Shown here: positions 48,946 through 58,037 of the stretch, piece by piece
Position numbering within the stretch: position 1 is the stretch's first letter
How the letters are laid out: each line of letters begins with the position of its first letter
Source of the DNA: Halarcobacter sp.
Lineage (GTDB): Bacteria; Campylobacterota; Campylobacteria; Campylobacterales; Arcobacteraceae
NCBI GenBank assembly: GCA_963676565.1
Contig: OY781089.1
Span: 2,208,001-2,272,000 of the forward strand
Length of the DNA: 64,000 nucleotides
Reading direction: 5' to 3'
Notes under the pieces: model-generated
The model's input: the letters and a program-made list of their open reading frames with translations, nothing else
Databases searched by the model: none
Told to the model about the DNA's origin: nothing
Translations under genes and position numbers: made by a program

Positions 48946-49365
48946 TTAGTATTTATATCCATCTCCTGGGACTGCAAGTCGCCAAGTTTTTTTACCCTCT
49001 TCAGCTTGATTTAGTGCTGCAATAGCAAATTTACATGCTCTTACAGCAGCATAATTAGTTTCTAAAACTGTTTTAGATTTTTTACCTTTAAAAGTTTTAG
49101 GGTTTACCTCTTTTGCACCTGTTTTAATTGCTTCTTCAACAGAAATAATTAAATCAGAATTATTAACATTAAGTCTTCTAAACTCTAAACCTTTTTCTTT
49201 TGCTATTTCATTGTATTTTTTAGCTGTTGCAATTACTTTTTCAATGCCATTAGCTTTTATATCACACATAGCTTTTTCATCCATCATATGATTGTCAGCA
49301 TAAAGAGATGTAGATAAAGTTAATGCCACAGTAGCTGCAATTGTTAAGTTAATTAATTTTTTCAT
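48946..49365 (-). CDS. Secreted protein after soxA, candidate SoxK (SoxAX-binding protein)-like
   Basis: Signal peptide; helical and Ala/Lys-rich; AKEKGLEFR motif; directly downstream of soxA. Confidence 0.5.
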   Translation of the reverse strand: MKKLINLTIAATVALTLSTSLYADNHMMDEKAMCDIKANGIEKVIATAKKYNEIAKEKGLEFRRLNVNNSDLIISVEEAIKTGAKEVNPKTFKGKKSKTVLETNYAAVRACKFAIAALNQAEEGKKTWRLAVPGDGYKY

Positions 49366-49374
49366 TTCATCTCC

Positions 49375-50313
49375 CTATTTTCTAAAGTCTGGACCATCAA
49401 ATTTCATACCATTATTCATGTAAGCCATAAAGAATAGTAATTCTTTCATCTCATTACTTGTATTACCTGGAGGAACTTGACCTTGATCCTTAACACAACC
49501 TGACATTCTTCTCTCTAATGTACCTAATCCATCATTATTTGGTGTTGCAGCTGCCCATTTTAATCTATAAACTGGAAAGTGTGTAGTTTGACCAATAAAT
49601 TGAGATAGAGATTCATTTCTTACTCTTTGACCAGCACCTTGAACATGACAGTTCGCACAATTAAGTTTTAAGTAACCTCTTTGAGTATAATAATATTCTT
49701 TACCTCTTTCATATGCTTCCGCTGCTGCTTTACTTTCAATTTTTACATCAATAGTTTTTTCTTCATCTTGAGCTGCTTGTGCAAAGAAAGCTTGTAAATG
49801 AGCCATTTTACCCTTTGACGTTCCCCATTTTTTTTCACCATTTGATTCTAAGCATTCATTAACTGCTTGAGTTAAAGTTTGTACTTCACCCTTTTTTTCA
49901 TCAAAGTATGGATACATAGATCCAGCTTCTGCAGGATTTGGAAAACAAGATGCAAAAGATTTACCATTTGCAAATTTTTTATTGTAAAGTCCTTCTCCAA
50001 CTTCTACCCACTCTTCTGTTGGTGGGAACTCTTTAATTTCATAATATGAAGCTTGACCATTTTTAGAAAAGGCATAATTCCCTTTTGCAAAGTCATCTTT
50101 CTTTAATCCACCTAAAATATTATTTTCTAACTCATCATCAGTTGAATAAGGGAAGAAAGTATTTCTATTTTTTAATGGATTTTCAAATTTTGCTTCAAAA
50201 TATTTTATTAAAGCAATTCTATCTTTTTCTGCTTGTGCATTAAAATCTGCTGCGTTTAGTGCAACAGTAGTTAATGCAATTAAAGCAGTAGTTTTAGCTA
50301 TTTTCAACAACAT
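49375..50313 (-). CDS. soxA: SoxAX cytochrome subunit SoxA (mono-haem type)
   Basis: One intact CANCH; first site degenerate (SFASCF); FPVYRLKW, LERRMSGC. Confidence 0.95.
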   Translation of the reverse strand: MLLKIAKTTALIALTTVALNAADFNAQAEKDRIALIKYFEAKFENPLKNRNTFFPYSTDDELENNILGGLKKDDFAKGNYAFSKNGQASYYEIKEFPPTEEWVEVGEGLYNKKFANGKSFASCFPNPAEAGSMYPYFDEKKGEVQTLTQAVNECLESNGEKKWGTSKGKMAHLQAFFAQAAQDEEKTIDVKIESKAAAEAYERGKEYYYTQRGYLKLNCANCHVQGAGQRVRNESLSQFIGQTTHFPVYRLKWAAATPNNDGLGTLERRMSGCVKDQGQVPPGNTSNEMKELLFFMAYMNNGMKFDGPDFRK

Positions 50314-50338
50314 ACATATCTCCTATTGTAGTTTTTTA

Positions 50339-50365
50339 AATTAGTCACTTAAAAAGTGACTAATT
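50339..50365 (-). terminator. Hairpin after soxZ (terminator or mRNA stabiliser)
   Basis: 12-bp perfect inverted repeat AATTAGTCACTT/AAGTGACTAATT overlapping the soxZ stop. Confidence 0.6.
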
Positions 50366-50681
50366 ATTTAATTTTCATACTGTCAGATTGAGTAGTACCT
50401 TTTAAATCAACCCATGAGAATGATAATTTATCACCTTTTTTAATCCCTAATTCATCTGCATTAAATGAAAATTTAAAGTATGGGTTTTTTGATAAAAATT
50501 GTGAAGTCGAAACTTCATAAACAACAGTCTCACCAACTTTTGCTACAATATATGTAATCCAGTTTGCTTCTTTTTTAGCTCTTTTAGCCTCTTGATTTGA
50601 TAACATATCATGTTTTGCAAGAGCTTTAACAGTAACTACACCTTTTTTTAATTTTGCTTTGATTCTAGTTTTTCCAGCCAT
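50364..50681 (-). CDS. soxZ: Sulfur carrier partner SoxZ
   Basis: RIKAK...VKAL.KHDM, SKNPYFKF, W.D.KG. Confidence 0.94.
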   Translation of the reverse strand: MAGKTRIKAKLKKGVVTVKALAKHDMLSNQEAKRAKKEANWITYIVAKVGETVVYEVSTSQFLSKNPYFKFSFNADELGIKKGDKLSFSWVDLKGTTQSDSMKIK

Positions 50682-50745
50682 TTTTATTATTCCTTTATTC
50701 TTTTTTATAAATTATTAATATTTGTTATATAAGTGTTGAACTAAA

Positions 50746-51195
50746 TCAACCACCACATCCACCGATAGTTACTTTAACTTGTTTAGATGCTTTTAAAAGC
50801 TTTCCACCATCTTCAATTACTGCAAAAACGTTTCCAGTTTTAGCCATTTTAATTCTTACACCATAATCAACAATTCCACCTTTTGGAACATCAAATACTG
50901 CAACTAAAGTTTCAGGGTTTGCATCTTGTAAAATTGCAACTCTAGTAGCCGATTTAGCTTCAACAGTTACAGGAATAACTGCACCATTTTCAGCAATATC
51001 TGGAGCTTTTAACTTAACTTTTTTACTCTCTGTTGCATCTGCACCAAAAATCTCTTTAATAGCTGCATCTACTTTTGTAGCATCCCAAGCTTTTGGCTTA
51101 GTTTCTCTATAATTAGTTGCACTTAATGTAACTGGTGCAACTGAAGCTGCTAATGCTCCTAAACCTAAACCTAAAAAATTTCTTCTATTTATCAT
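50746..51195 (-). CDS. soxY: Sulfur carrier SoxY
   Basis: Tat signal RRNFL; APDIAENGAVIP; C-terminal VKVTIGGCGG. Confidence 0.98.
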   Translation of the reverse strand: MINRRNFLGLGLGALAASVAPVTLSATNYRETKPKAWDATKVDAAIKEIFGADATESKKVKLKAPDIAENGAVIPVTVEAKSATRVAILQDANPETLVAVFDVPKGGIVDYGVRIKMAKTGNVFAVIEDGGKLLKASKQVKVTIGGCGG

Positions 51196-51213
51196 CTTTT
51201 TATCCTTTTTATA

Positions 51214-51564
51214 TTATTGAATTGTTTTTAAATAAGCAACTACTGCTTTAATTTCACCATCACTTAACCATCCAGTTTTACCAAATGCAGGCATCTGAGA
51301 AATTGGATTAGTAGTATATGGATTATAAACTTTTTTATAAAGTTCTTCCTCTGGCCAATATTGTAACGCAGTTAATTTTGGTCCCATACTTCCAGGTCCA
51401 TCAATATTTTTACCATTTGCATCATGACATGCAATACAGTTACCTAAATTTTTAGTTGTAAAAATTTTTTCACCTTGCTTTACTAGATCATCATTTGCAT
51501 AAGATCCAGTCATAGCTAAACCACTAATAGCAGCTACTAAAAACAAATTTTTAATTAATTTCAT
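51214..51564 (-). CDS. soxX: SoxAX cytochrome subunit SoxX
   Basis: GNCIACH, GSMGP.L, MPAFG. Confidence 0.95.
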   Translation of the reverse strand: MKLIKNLFLVAAISGLAMTGSYANDDLVKQGEKIFTTKNLGNCIACHDANGKNIDGPGSMGPKLTALQYWPEEELYKKVYNPYTTNPISQMPAFGKTGWLSDGEIKAVVAYLKTIQ

Positions 51565-51575
51565 ACTTTAACTCC

Positions 51576-52787
51576 TTATTTACTTTGATCAATAATGTAA
51601 TCAACGATTTTTTTGAACTCATCATCAGATAAATTCATTGCAGTTCCCTTAGGAGGCATTGCATTTATACCATTAATTGCATTATCATAAACTTCGTCAA
51701 TACCTTTTTCTAAAACACTTGCCCATGCAGCTTTATCACCTAATACTGGTGCTCCAATTGCTTTATTAGCATGACAAGCAGAACAATAAGTTGCATAATT
51801 TTCTGCTACAACTGGATCAACTCCACTTGCAACTTCTTTTTTAGGTTCTTTCCAAGTTCTTTCAACAGAAATTGGTTGATTAACAGTTGGAGCTAAATCA
51901 ACTTTTATTTTTAATAAAAGATCATCAACAGTTTTACCTTTACCATACTGTTTTTCAATACAATTACTCATACATCTTGTTCCCTTACCATAAATAGTTG
52001 GGTCAGATAAAAGCTTTTGCATATTTTTAGGCCCCTGATGTGGGTCTTTTGTATCTACTTCTGGGTAAAAACCATTTACATTTGGCATTACAATTTGATT
52101 AAAATTTTCTTTATTTAAAACAAATTCATAATCCATATCTTCACCATTTACTTTAATCCCATTTGAATAAAGTAAAAATGCTGTAATAGCATAAGTCTCA
52201 CTATGACTTAACGTTTTTGGTGCTGTAAAAGGCATAGAGTCCTTAATATACCACCATAAAGTACTCGCATATGGCCAATATGAACCAATAGTCTTAAGTG
52301 CTACATCTGGATTAGGATTTTCATCAGCTGGATTTAATCTTTGAATAACTAAATCTTTAGTTTTTCCACCTGCTAATGTAGGATACCCTTTACCACCTGC
52401 ACCAAACTCACCATGGCACATTGCACATTGTGCATCATATAATTCTTCTCCCCACTCCACTGAACCTTCAGCAATAGCAGGCTTTCCATTTTCATCTAAA
52501 ATTGGCTCACCAAGTTTCTCATCATATTTAGGTAGTCCCGTTCCATCTGGTCTTACATCAACATTCCATTTTTCAATTTCATTATGTGTAGCTTTTCTAC
52601 CATTGTTGTATTTAACTTTTTGATCATTAACATAGTATGGTCCGTATTTACCATCTTTTGTTGGGTATTTTACAGCACCATCAACAGACATATCACTACT
52701 TGCAACTAAAGAAGTAGCTAAAAGTGCAGATAATCCAAATCCTAGAACAATAGAACTAAGCTTTTTTGTGTTTTCTAATTTGAACAT
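51576..52787 (-). CDS. soxD: Sulfane dehydrogenase cytochrome subunit SoxD (di-haem)
   Basis: DVRPDG.GLP, CAMCHG, KTIGSYWPYA, MP; C-terminal c5-like CSACH. Confidence 0.94.
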   Translation of the reverse strand: MFKLENTKKLSSIVLGFGLSALLATSLVASSDMSVDGAVKYPTKDGKYGPYYVNDQKVKYNNGRKATHNEIEKWNVDVRPDGTGLPKYDEKLGEPILDENGKPAIAEGSVEWGEELYDAQCAMCHGEFGAGGKGYPTLAGGKTKDLVIQRLNPADENPNPDVALKTIGSYWPYASTLWWYIKDSMPFTAPKTLSHSETYAITAFLLYSNGIKVNGEDMDYEFVLNKENFNQIVMPNVNGFYPEVDTKDPHQGPKNMQKLLSDPTIYGKGTRCMSNCIEKQYGKGKTVDDLLLKIKVDLAPTVNQPISVERTWKEPKKEVASGVDPVVAENYATYCSACHANKAIGAPVLGDKAAWASVLEKGIDEVYDNAINGINAMPPKGTAMNLSDDEFKKIVDYIIDQSK

Positions 52788-54099
52788 TATTACACTCTCC
52801 TTTTTCAGTTATTTCCCAAGTTACAATAGCATTTCTATGGTAAACAGATTCAACACCAACTGCTGAAGTTTCTTGATCAATTGTTGGTTGAATATTTCCA
52901 AAGTCATCTCTTGCTCTAGAAGCCATTAATAATGGTTTTCCATCCCATTTCATAACATATGAAAATCTAGTCCATGATTTAGGTAAAACAAGACCTTTAA
53001 GTTTTGCTTCAACCCAATTATCACCACCATCTAAAGAGATATCAACTCCTGTAATAGTTCCGTGTCCTGTCCAAGCAATACCTTCAACCTCTACCATATC
53101 ACCTTTTTTCATGTGAGTCCATGGTTTTTCTGGACATGGAGAAGTAATTACTGAGTTAACTTCATTTACCCAGAAATATCTGATAGCTTTTCCACCTGGT
53201 TGAACCATAGTATATTTTGAAGTTTCTTCTTTAGAATGCCATGGCTTATCAGAAATTTCAAGTCTTCTTAACCATTTAGTGTTTAAGTTACCTTCCCATC
53301 CTGGAACAATAAGTCTAACAGGGTAACCTTGCTCAGCTCTTAAAGCTTCACCATTTTGTCCCCAAACTACCATAACATCATCTAATGCTTTTTCAACTGG
53401 AATAGTTCTAGGGTTTGAAGCATTATCACTACCTTCAGCAAGCATCCATACTGCATCTTTTTTCAGACCAACATCTTCTAAAATAGTTTTAAGCATTACT
53501 CCTGTCCACTCTGCAGCACTCATTAAACCTTTTTGAAATTGTAATGAATTAAACTGAGGACCTCTCCATTCTGGTGCTCCATTTGCTGGACACTCAATAA
53601 AGTAAATTCTACTTTCACTTGGATATTTTTTTAGATCGTCTAAAGTTAATACAACTTCTCTTTCTACTTGATCACCATGAATCATAAGTCTCCACTCTTT
53701 TGGATCCACGTGTGCAGTTCCTCCATGATCTCTTACAAAGAACAGACCATTAGGCGTTACAATACCTTCAGATTCATGAATTGGACACATCGCAACAGAT
53801 GCATAATAGTCACCAGAAGAAAATAAAGAGTGTGTTCTTCTAATATTATTATGTTCATATGGTGATGGTAATCCATATAAATTATGGTCAACTGGATCAC
53901 CTAGCTTTGTTCCCCATGGTGCTTCGTTCATGATTGCAGGATCATCAGCAGCTTTTAACTCAACAGGTGATAACACATTTGCTGCTGCTATTGCACCAAC
54001 AGAATATGCTGCAGTTTTTCTAAAAAAGTCTCTTCTACTTAATTTATCATCAGAAATAGTAGATAATTCTTTTTCAGAAGTCTTTGTTACTTTCGTCAT
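52756..54099 (-). CDS. soxC: Sulfane dehydrogenase molybdoprotein SoxC
   Basis: Tat signal SRRDFF; TPNGLFF.RDHGG, FIECPAN, EQGYPVRL.VPGWEG, EETSKYT. Confidence 0.96.
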   Translation of the reverse strand: MTKVTKTSEKELSTISDDKLSRRDFFRKTAAYSVGAIAAANVLSPVELKAADDPAIMNEAPWGTKLGDPVDHNLYGLPSPYEHNNIRRTHSLFSSGDYYASVAMCPIHESEGIVTPNGLFFVRDHGGTAHVDPKEWRLMIHGDQVEREVVLTLDDLKKYPSESRIYFIECPANGAPEWRGPQFNSLQFQKGLMSAAEWTGVMLKTILEDVGLKKDAVWMLAEGSDNASNPRTIPVEKALDDVMVVWGQNGEALRAEQGYPVRLIVPGWEGNLNTKWLRRLEISDKPWHSKEETSKYTMVQPGGKAIRYFWVNEVNSVITSPCPEKPWTHMKKGDMVEVEGIAWTGHGTITGVDISLDGGDNWVEAKLKGLVLPKSWTRFSYVMKWDGKPLLMASRARDDFGNIQPTIDQETSAVGVESVYHRNAIVTWEITEKGECNNVQIRKHKKA

Positions 54100-54460
54100 T
54101 ATTCCTCCTTAGAAATTGGTTATATCATTTTAAGAAAAGTTAATTAAGTAAAAGTTATTTTAATTATAAGATTCGATACAAGCGAGCTTCTTAATTAGTT
54201 GTTAACTTTTTCTTATACATAACATAACAGCCAATTATATAAGATTTTCTTATACATTGATGTATCCATTATCGCCACTTTTTTGTCACTTGTCAATTAT
54301 TTTAAATTAAAAAAGAGTAATTCGTTTAGTTTTGTAACAATATAATCATAATTATAACGTTTATGTTATTTTTATGTCAAGAAATCTTAAAATAATCTTG
54401 CTAAAGTTACTTTTTTTATACCCTATGCTACTATAGCGCTACTATTACATGGAGATTTAT

Positions 54461-55681
54461 ATGAAAAGATTTATAAGTTATGATGAGTCATTAACAATTT
54501 TAAATAATATAATTTTTAAAGCCAAAACTAAGGAAAAATTATTTCTCACCAATTCTATCGGTAGAGTCTTAGCTTGCAATATTTCAGCGAATGAAAATTC
54601 ACCACAATACCCTACTTCAGCGATGGATGGATATGCAATAAAATTTGAAGATCAAAAAAGTGAGTTTATTGAGATAATTGATAAAAATCCAGCTGGAAGT
54701 GTTGTTGAATCTGAGGTATCAAATGGTGTTTGTATTAAAACTTTTACTGGTTCTTTAATTCCAAATGGTGCTGATACTTTAATACCAATTGAGAATGTTG
54801 AAGTTGAAGAAAATAAAATAAAAGTTATTAAAGAAGTACCTAAAGGTTTTTCAATTAGGGAGATTGGAGAAAACTATAAAAAGGATGAAGTTTTAATTAA
54901 AGAGGGAACAATTATTGGTTTTGCTGAAATTGGAGTACTTGCTTCTTTAAATATTTCACAAGTTCCTGTTTATTGTATGCCTACCGTTGCAATTGCTAGT
55001 ACAGGTAGTGAAATACTTGATTTAGGTGAAGAGCAAATAAATGAATCTCAAATTAGAAGTTCTAACCATTTAACGATTGAGGCTTTAGCAAAGAAAGCTG
55101 GGGCAGAAACTATTCAAATGGGTGTAGTAAAAGATGATATTGATTCTATTACTGATCTTTTAGAAAGTGGACTTAAGAAAGCTGATATAGTTGTTACAAC
55201 TGGGGGTGTTTCTGTTGGTGATTATGATTTTGTTCAAGATGTTATAAAAGAGAAATTAAATGCAGAAGTTCTTTTTCATGGTGTAACAGTAAAACCTGGT
55301 ATGCATATACTTTTAGCTAAAAAAGATGATAAGATTATATTAGCTTTACCTGGTTTTGCATACTCATCAACTGTTTGTGCAATTTTATATTTATTACCAC
55401 TTATTTATAAATATGAAGGAGCTAATAAAAAACTTCCAATAGTTAAAGCTAGAATAAACCAAGACTTCCCATTAAAGATGAAAAAAACAATCTTTACGGC
55501 TTGTAATGTAAAATATGAGAATAATGAATATTCAATTGATTTTGAAGGGAAAAAACAAGGTACCAGTGCAATATTAACTAATATGCTAGGAAATCCTGCA
55601 TTATTAATCCAAAAAGAAGATAGTAAAGATATAAAAGCAGAAGAATTAGTTGATATTCTTTTGTTAAATGAACTAAAATAA
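54461..55681 (+). CDS. moeA: Molybdopterin molybdotransferase MoeA (start likely 54461 after GGAG)
   Basis: SAMDGYA, STGSE, TTGGVSVGDYD, VKPG, LPG. Confidence 0.95.
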   Translation: MKRFISYDESLTILNNIIFKAKTKEKLFLTNSIGRVLACNISANENSPQYPTSAMDGYAIKFEDQKSEFIEIIDKNPAGSVVESEVSNGVCIKTFTGSLIPNGADTLIPIENVEVEENKIKVIKEVPKGFSIREIGENYKKDEVLIKEGTIIGFAEIGVLASLNISQVPVYCMPTVAIASTGSEILDLGEEQINESQIRSSNHLTIEALAKKAGAETIQMGVVKDDIDSITDLLESGLKKADIVVTTGGVSVGDYDFVQDVIKEKLNAEVLFHGVTVKPGMHILLAKKDDKIILALPGFAYSSTVCAILYLLPLIYKYEGANKKLPIVKARINQDFPLKMKKTIFTACNVKYENNEYSIDFEGKKQGTSAILTNMLGNPALLIQKEDSKDIKAEELVDILLLNELK

Positions 55682-56584
55682 ATGACTACTCAAAAAGTTT
55701 ATATTTTATTAGCACTTTGTGTTTTATTTTGGTCAGGAAATTTTATTTTAGGAAGATTTGTTAGTTCTAATATTCAACCATTAGAACTAGCTTTCTTTAG
55801 ATGGCTTTTTGTTTTAGTATTAACAACTCCTTTGCTGATATTTCTTGATTTAAAAAAAATCATTAAAGTATACAAAGAAAACTTTTTCTTTCTAACTTTA
55901 TGCTCATTTTTAGGGATTACTTTATTTAATACCTTTTTATATATTGCTTTAAATTATACTACAGCAACTAATGCCCTTTTGATTAATTCGATTATTCCAA
56001 TTTTAATTTTGGTATTTTCTTTTCTAATTTTAAAAACTAGAATATCAAAAGTTCAATTATTTGGAATATTATTATCAACTTTTGGAGTGATATTTTTGGT
56101 ATTAAAAGGAGATATCTCTTCAATCTTAAATTTAAGCTTTTCTAGGGGAGATTTGTGGGTTGTTGCTAGTTCTATTGTTTGGGCTACTTACTCTACAATA
56201 ATAAAATTAAAACCTAAAGAGTTGAATCATCTTGAGCTATTCCTTACAATAATTTATGTTGGTTTTGCCCTTTTACTTCCTTGGTATTTATACCAAGATT
56301 ATACGATAGAAAGAGAGATAATGATATTAAAAGAAAATTGGTATTTCTTTTTATATGTTTCAGTTTTTGCTTCTTTATTATCTTTTTATTTTTGGCACAC
56401 AGGAATTGATACTATTGGAGCTGAAAAAACAGGTCAATTTACACACCTAATGCCAATTTTTGGTGCAACTTTAGCATTTATTTTTTTAGGCGAAAGATTA
56501 GAGTCTTTTCATTTTGTTGGAGCTATATTTATAGCTATAGGTATTTATTTATCTTTATTTTTAAAAAGAAGAAACTGTGAATAA
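55682..56584 (+). CDS. DMT/EamA family transporter
   Basis: FWSGNF, two EamA repeats, FLGE. Confidence 0.92.
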   Translation: MTTQKVYILLALCVLFWSGNFILGRFVSSNIQPLELAFFRWLFVLVLTTPLLIFLDLKKIIKVYKENFFFLTLCSFLGITLFNTFLYIALNYTTATNALLINSIIPILILVFSFLILKTRISKVQLFGILLSTFGVIFLVLKGDISSILNLSFSRGDLWVVASSIVWATYSTIIKLKPKELNHLELFLTIIYVGFALLLPWYLYQDYTIEREIMILKENWYFFLYVSVFASLLSFYFWHTGIDTIGAEKTGQFTHLMPIFGATLAFIFLGERLESFHFVGAIFIAIGIYLSLFLKRRNCE

Positions 56585-57464
56585 AAAATTTTTTTATATT
56601 ATGATGATTTTCTCAATGATATTTTGGGGCGCTTCTTGGGTAAATGTTAAGTTTTTAACAAATTATATCAACGCATATGAGGTAGTGTTTTTCAGAATGG
56701 GAATCTCAATTTTAGCAATGGTTCCTATAATGGTTTACTTGAAACAAGACTTTAGAGTAAATCTAAAATCAGCTGGATTGATTCTTTTAGCTTCATTAAT
56801 ACTACTTTTATACTCAATTATGTTTTTTCTTGGTGTAAAAAATGGTACAGCTGGACTTGGAGGAGCATTAGTTACAACATTAATCCCAATCAATACCTTT
56901 GTTATATTAGCCCTTTGGCATAAAAAAACGATATCATTAAAGCATTCCTTTGCTCTTATTTTAGGTGGTTTTGGAGTTATAACTATGTTAAATATTTGGC
57001 AATTTAATATAAATGAAATTTTCTCAATACAAAATATATATTTTCTTTTAGCCTCTATACTTTGGCCTTTACTAACAATTACAAGTTCAAAAGCAAGTAA
57101 AATTTCACCCTTTGTATTTACCTTCTATGTATATGCAATAACAACAATTATAGTGGGTGGTTTTTTTATCGATTTTAATATAGTTACTAAAATAGTTAAT
57201 TTTGACAATGTATTCTGGATTAATCTTATTAGTATTAGTTTACTTTCAACAACTTTTGCTACATCTTTTTATTTTGTTGGCACTGAAAAACTTGGAACAA
57301 AGAAAGTTAGTTCATTTATATTTTTGGTACCCTCTTCTGCACTAATTTTAAGTGCAATCTTTTTAAATGAAAAGATTAGCTTCAATACATTAATTGGAAC
57401 AATTTGTGCTGTTGTAGCTATTTATATACTAAATGATTTAAAAATAAAAACCTTCTTTAAGTAA
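56577..57464 (+). CDS. DMT/EamA family transporter
   Basis: FWGASW, two EamA repeats, FLNE; GTG start overlapping the upstream gene. Confidence 0.9.
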   Translation: MNKKFFYIMMIFSMIFWGASWVNVKFLTNYINAYEVVFFRMGISILAMVPIMVYLKQDFRVNLKSAGLILLASLILLLYSIMFFLGVKNGTAGLGGALVTTLIPINTFVILALWHKKTISLKHSFALILGGFGVITMLNIWQFNINEIFSIQNIYFLLASILWPLLTITSSKASKISPFVFTFYVYAITTIIVGGFFIDFNIVTKIVNFDNVFWINLISISLLSTTFATSFYFVGTEKLGTKKVSSFIFLVPSSALILSAIFLNEKISFNTLIGTICAVVAIYILNDLKIKTFFK

Positions 57465-58037
57465 TTAGAGAAGGTTTTCTTTTCTAACACCTTCAAGAAA
57501 CCCTTCATAAGTTCTTATTTCAAAATCTTTGTTTTTCTTTTTGTAGTTCTTTAAAATTGATTTTGCAAGATTTTTCGCATTTTGTTTTACTATATTGCAA
57601 TCATTTCTAACTTTTTCTATTTTAGGTAATTGTTTTTCTATTTCCAAAGCAGCATCAACTGCAAAAGAGGTATTCTTATCTAGATATTTTTTTAAGATTT
57701 TATAATACCTTTGAAAAACAGCCCTTGTTCCTTCAGGTGCTTTATAGTTACTTGCAAGTTTTGGGACAAAATATGTTATATCAACTTTTGTTTTAGCTTG
57801 AGATATAGAACAAATACCATTTTTTCTAACTGTTTTATAAAAATATTTAATTTTCCAATTGACTGTACCATGTCTTACATTTCCATTATTATAAAGAGGA
57901 GAAGTTTCATCCATACTATCTTCAAGTTTATGTTTATTTAATGGATAAATATCATAATAACTAAAATGTTTTTTAACAATAGGTTTTGCATCTAAAATGG
58001 TGCAAAATACTAGGATTAAGAATATAAACCTATTCAT
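57465..58037 (-). CDS. DUF922-like secreted protein lacking HExxH
   Basis: Signal peptide; YYDI...L, G.V.W...Y, C.IS, I.Y..P pattern with paired cysteines. Confidence 0.65.
   Translation of the reverse strand: MNRFIFLILVFCTILDAKPIVKKHFSYYDIYPLNKHKLEDSMDETSPLYNNGNVRHGTVNWKIKYFYKTVRKNGICSISQAKTKVDITYFVPKLASNYKAPEGTRAVFQRYYKILKKYLDKNTSFAVDAALEIEKQLPKIEKVRNDCNIVKQNAKNLAKSILKNYKKKNKDFEIRTYEGFLEGVRKENLL

Noticed and set aside
52756..52787. 32-nt soxC/soxD overlap as a frameshift
   Set aside because: Both ORFs are complete and soxD has its own GGAG RBS; overlap is ordinary for this pair
54300..54460. Moco riboswitch upstream of moeA
   Set aside because: No GC-containing multi-stem structure, and the likely -10 (tgcTACTAT) leaves too short a leader
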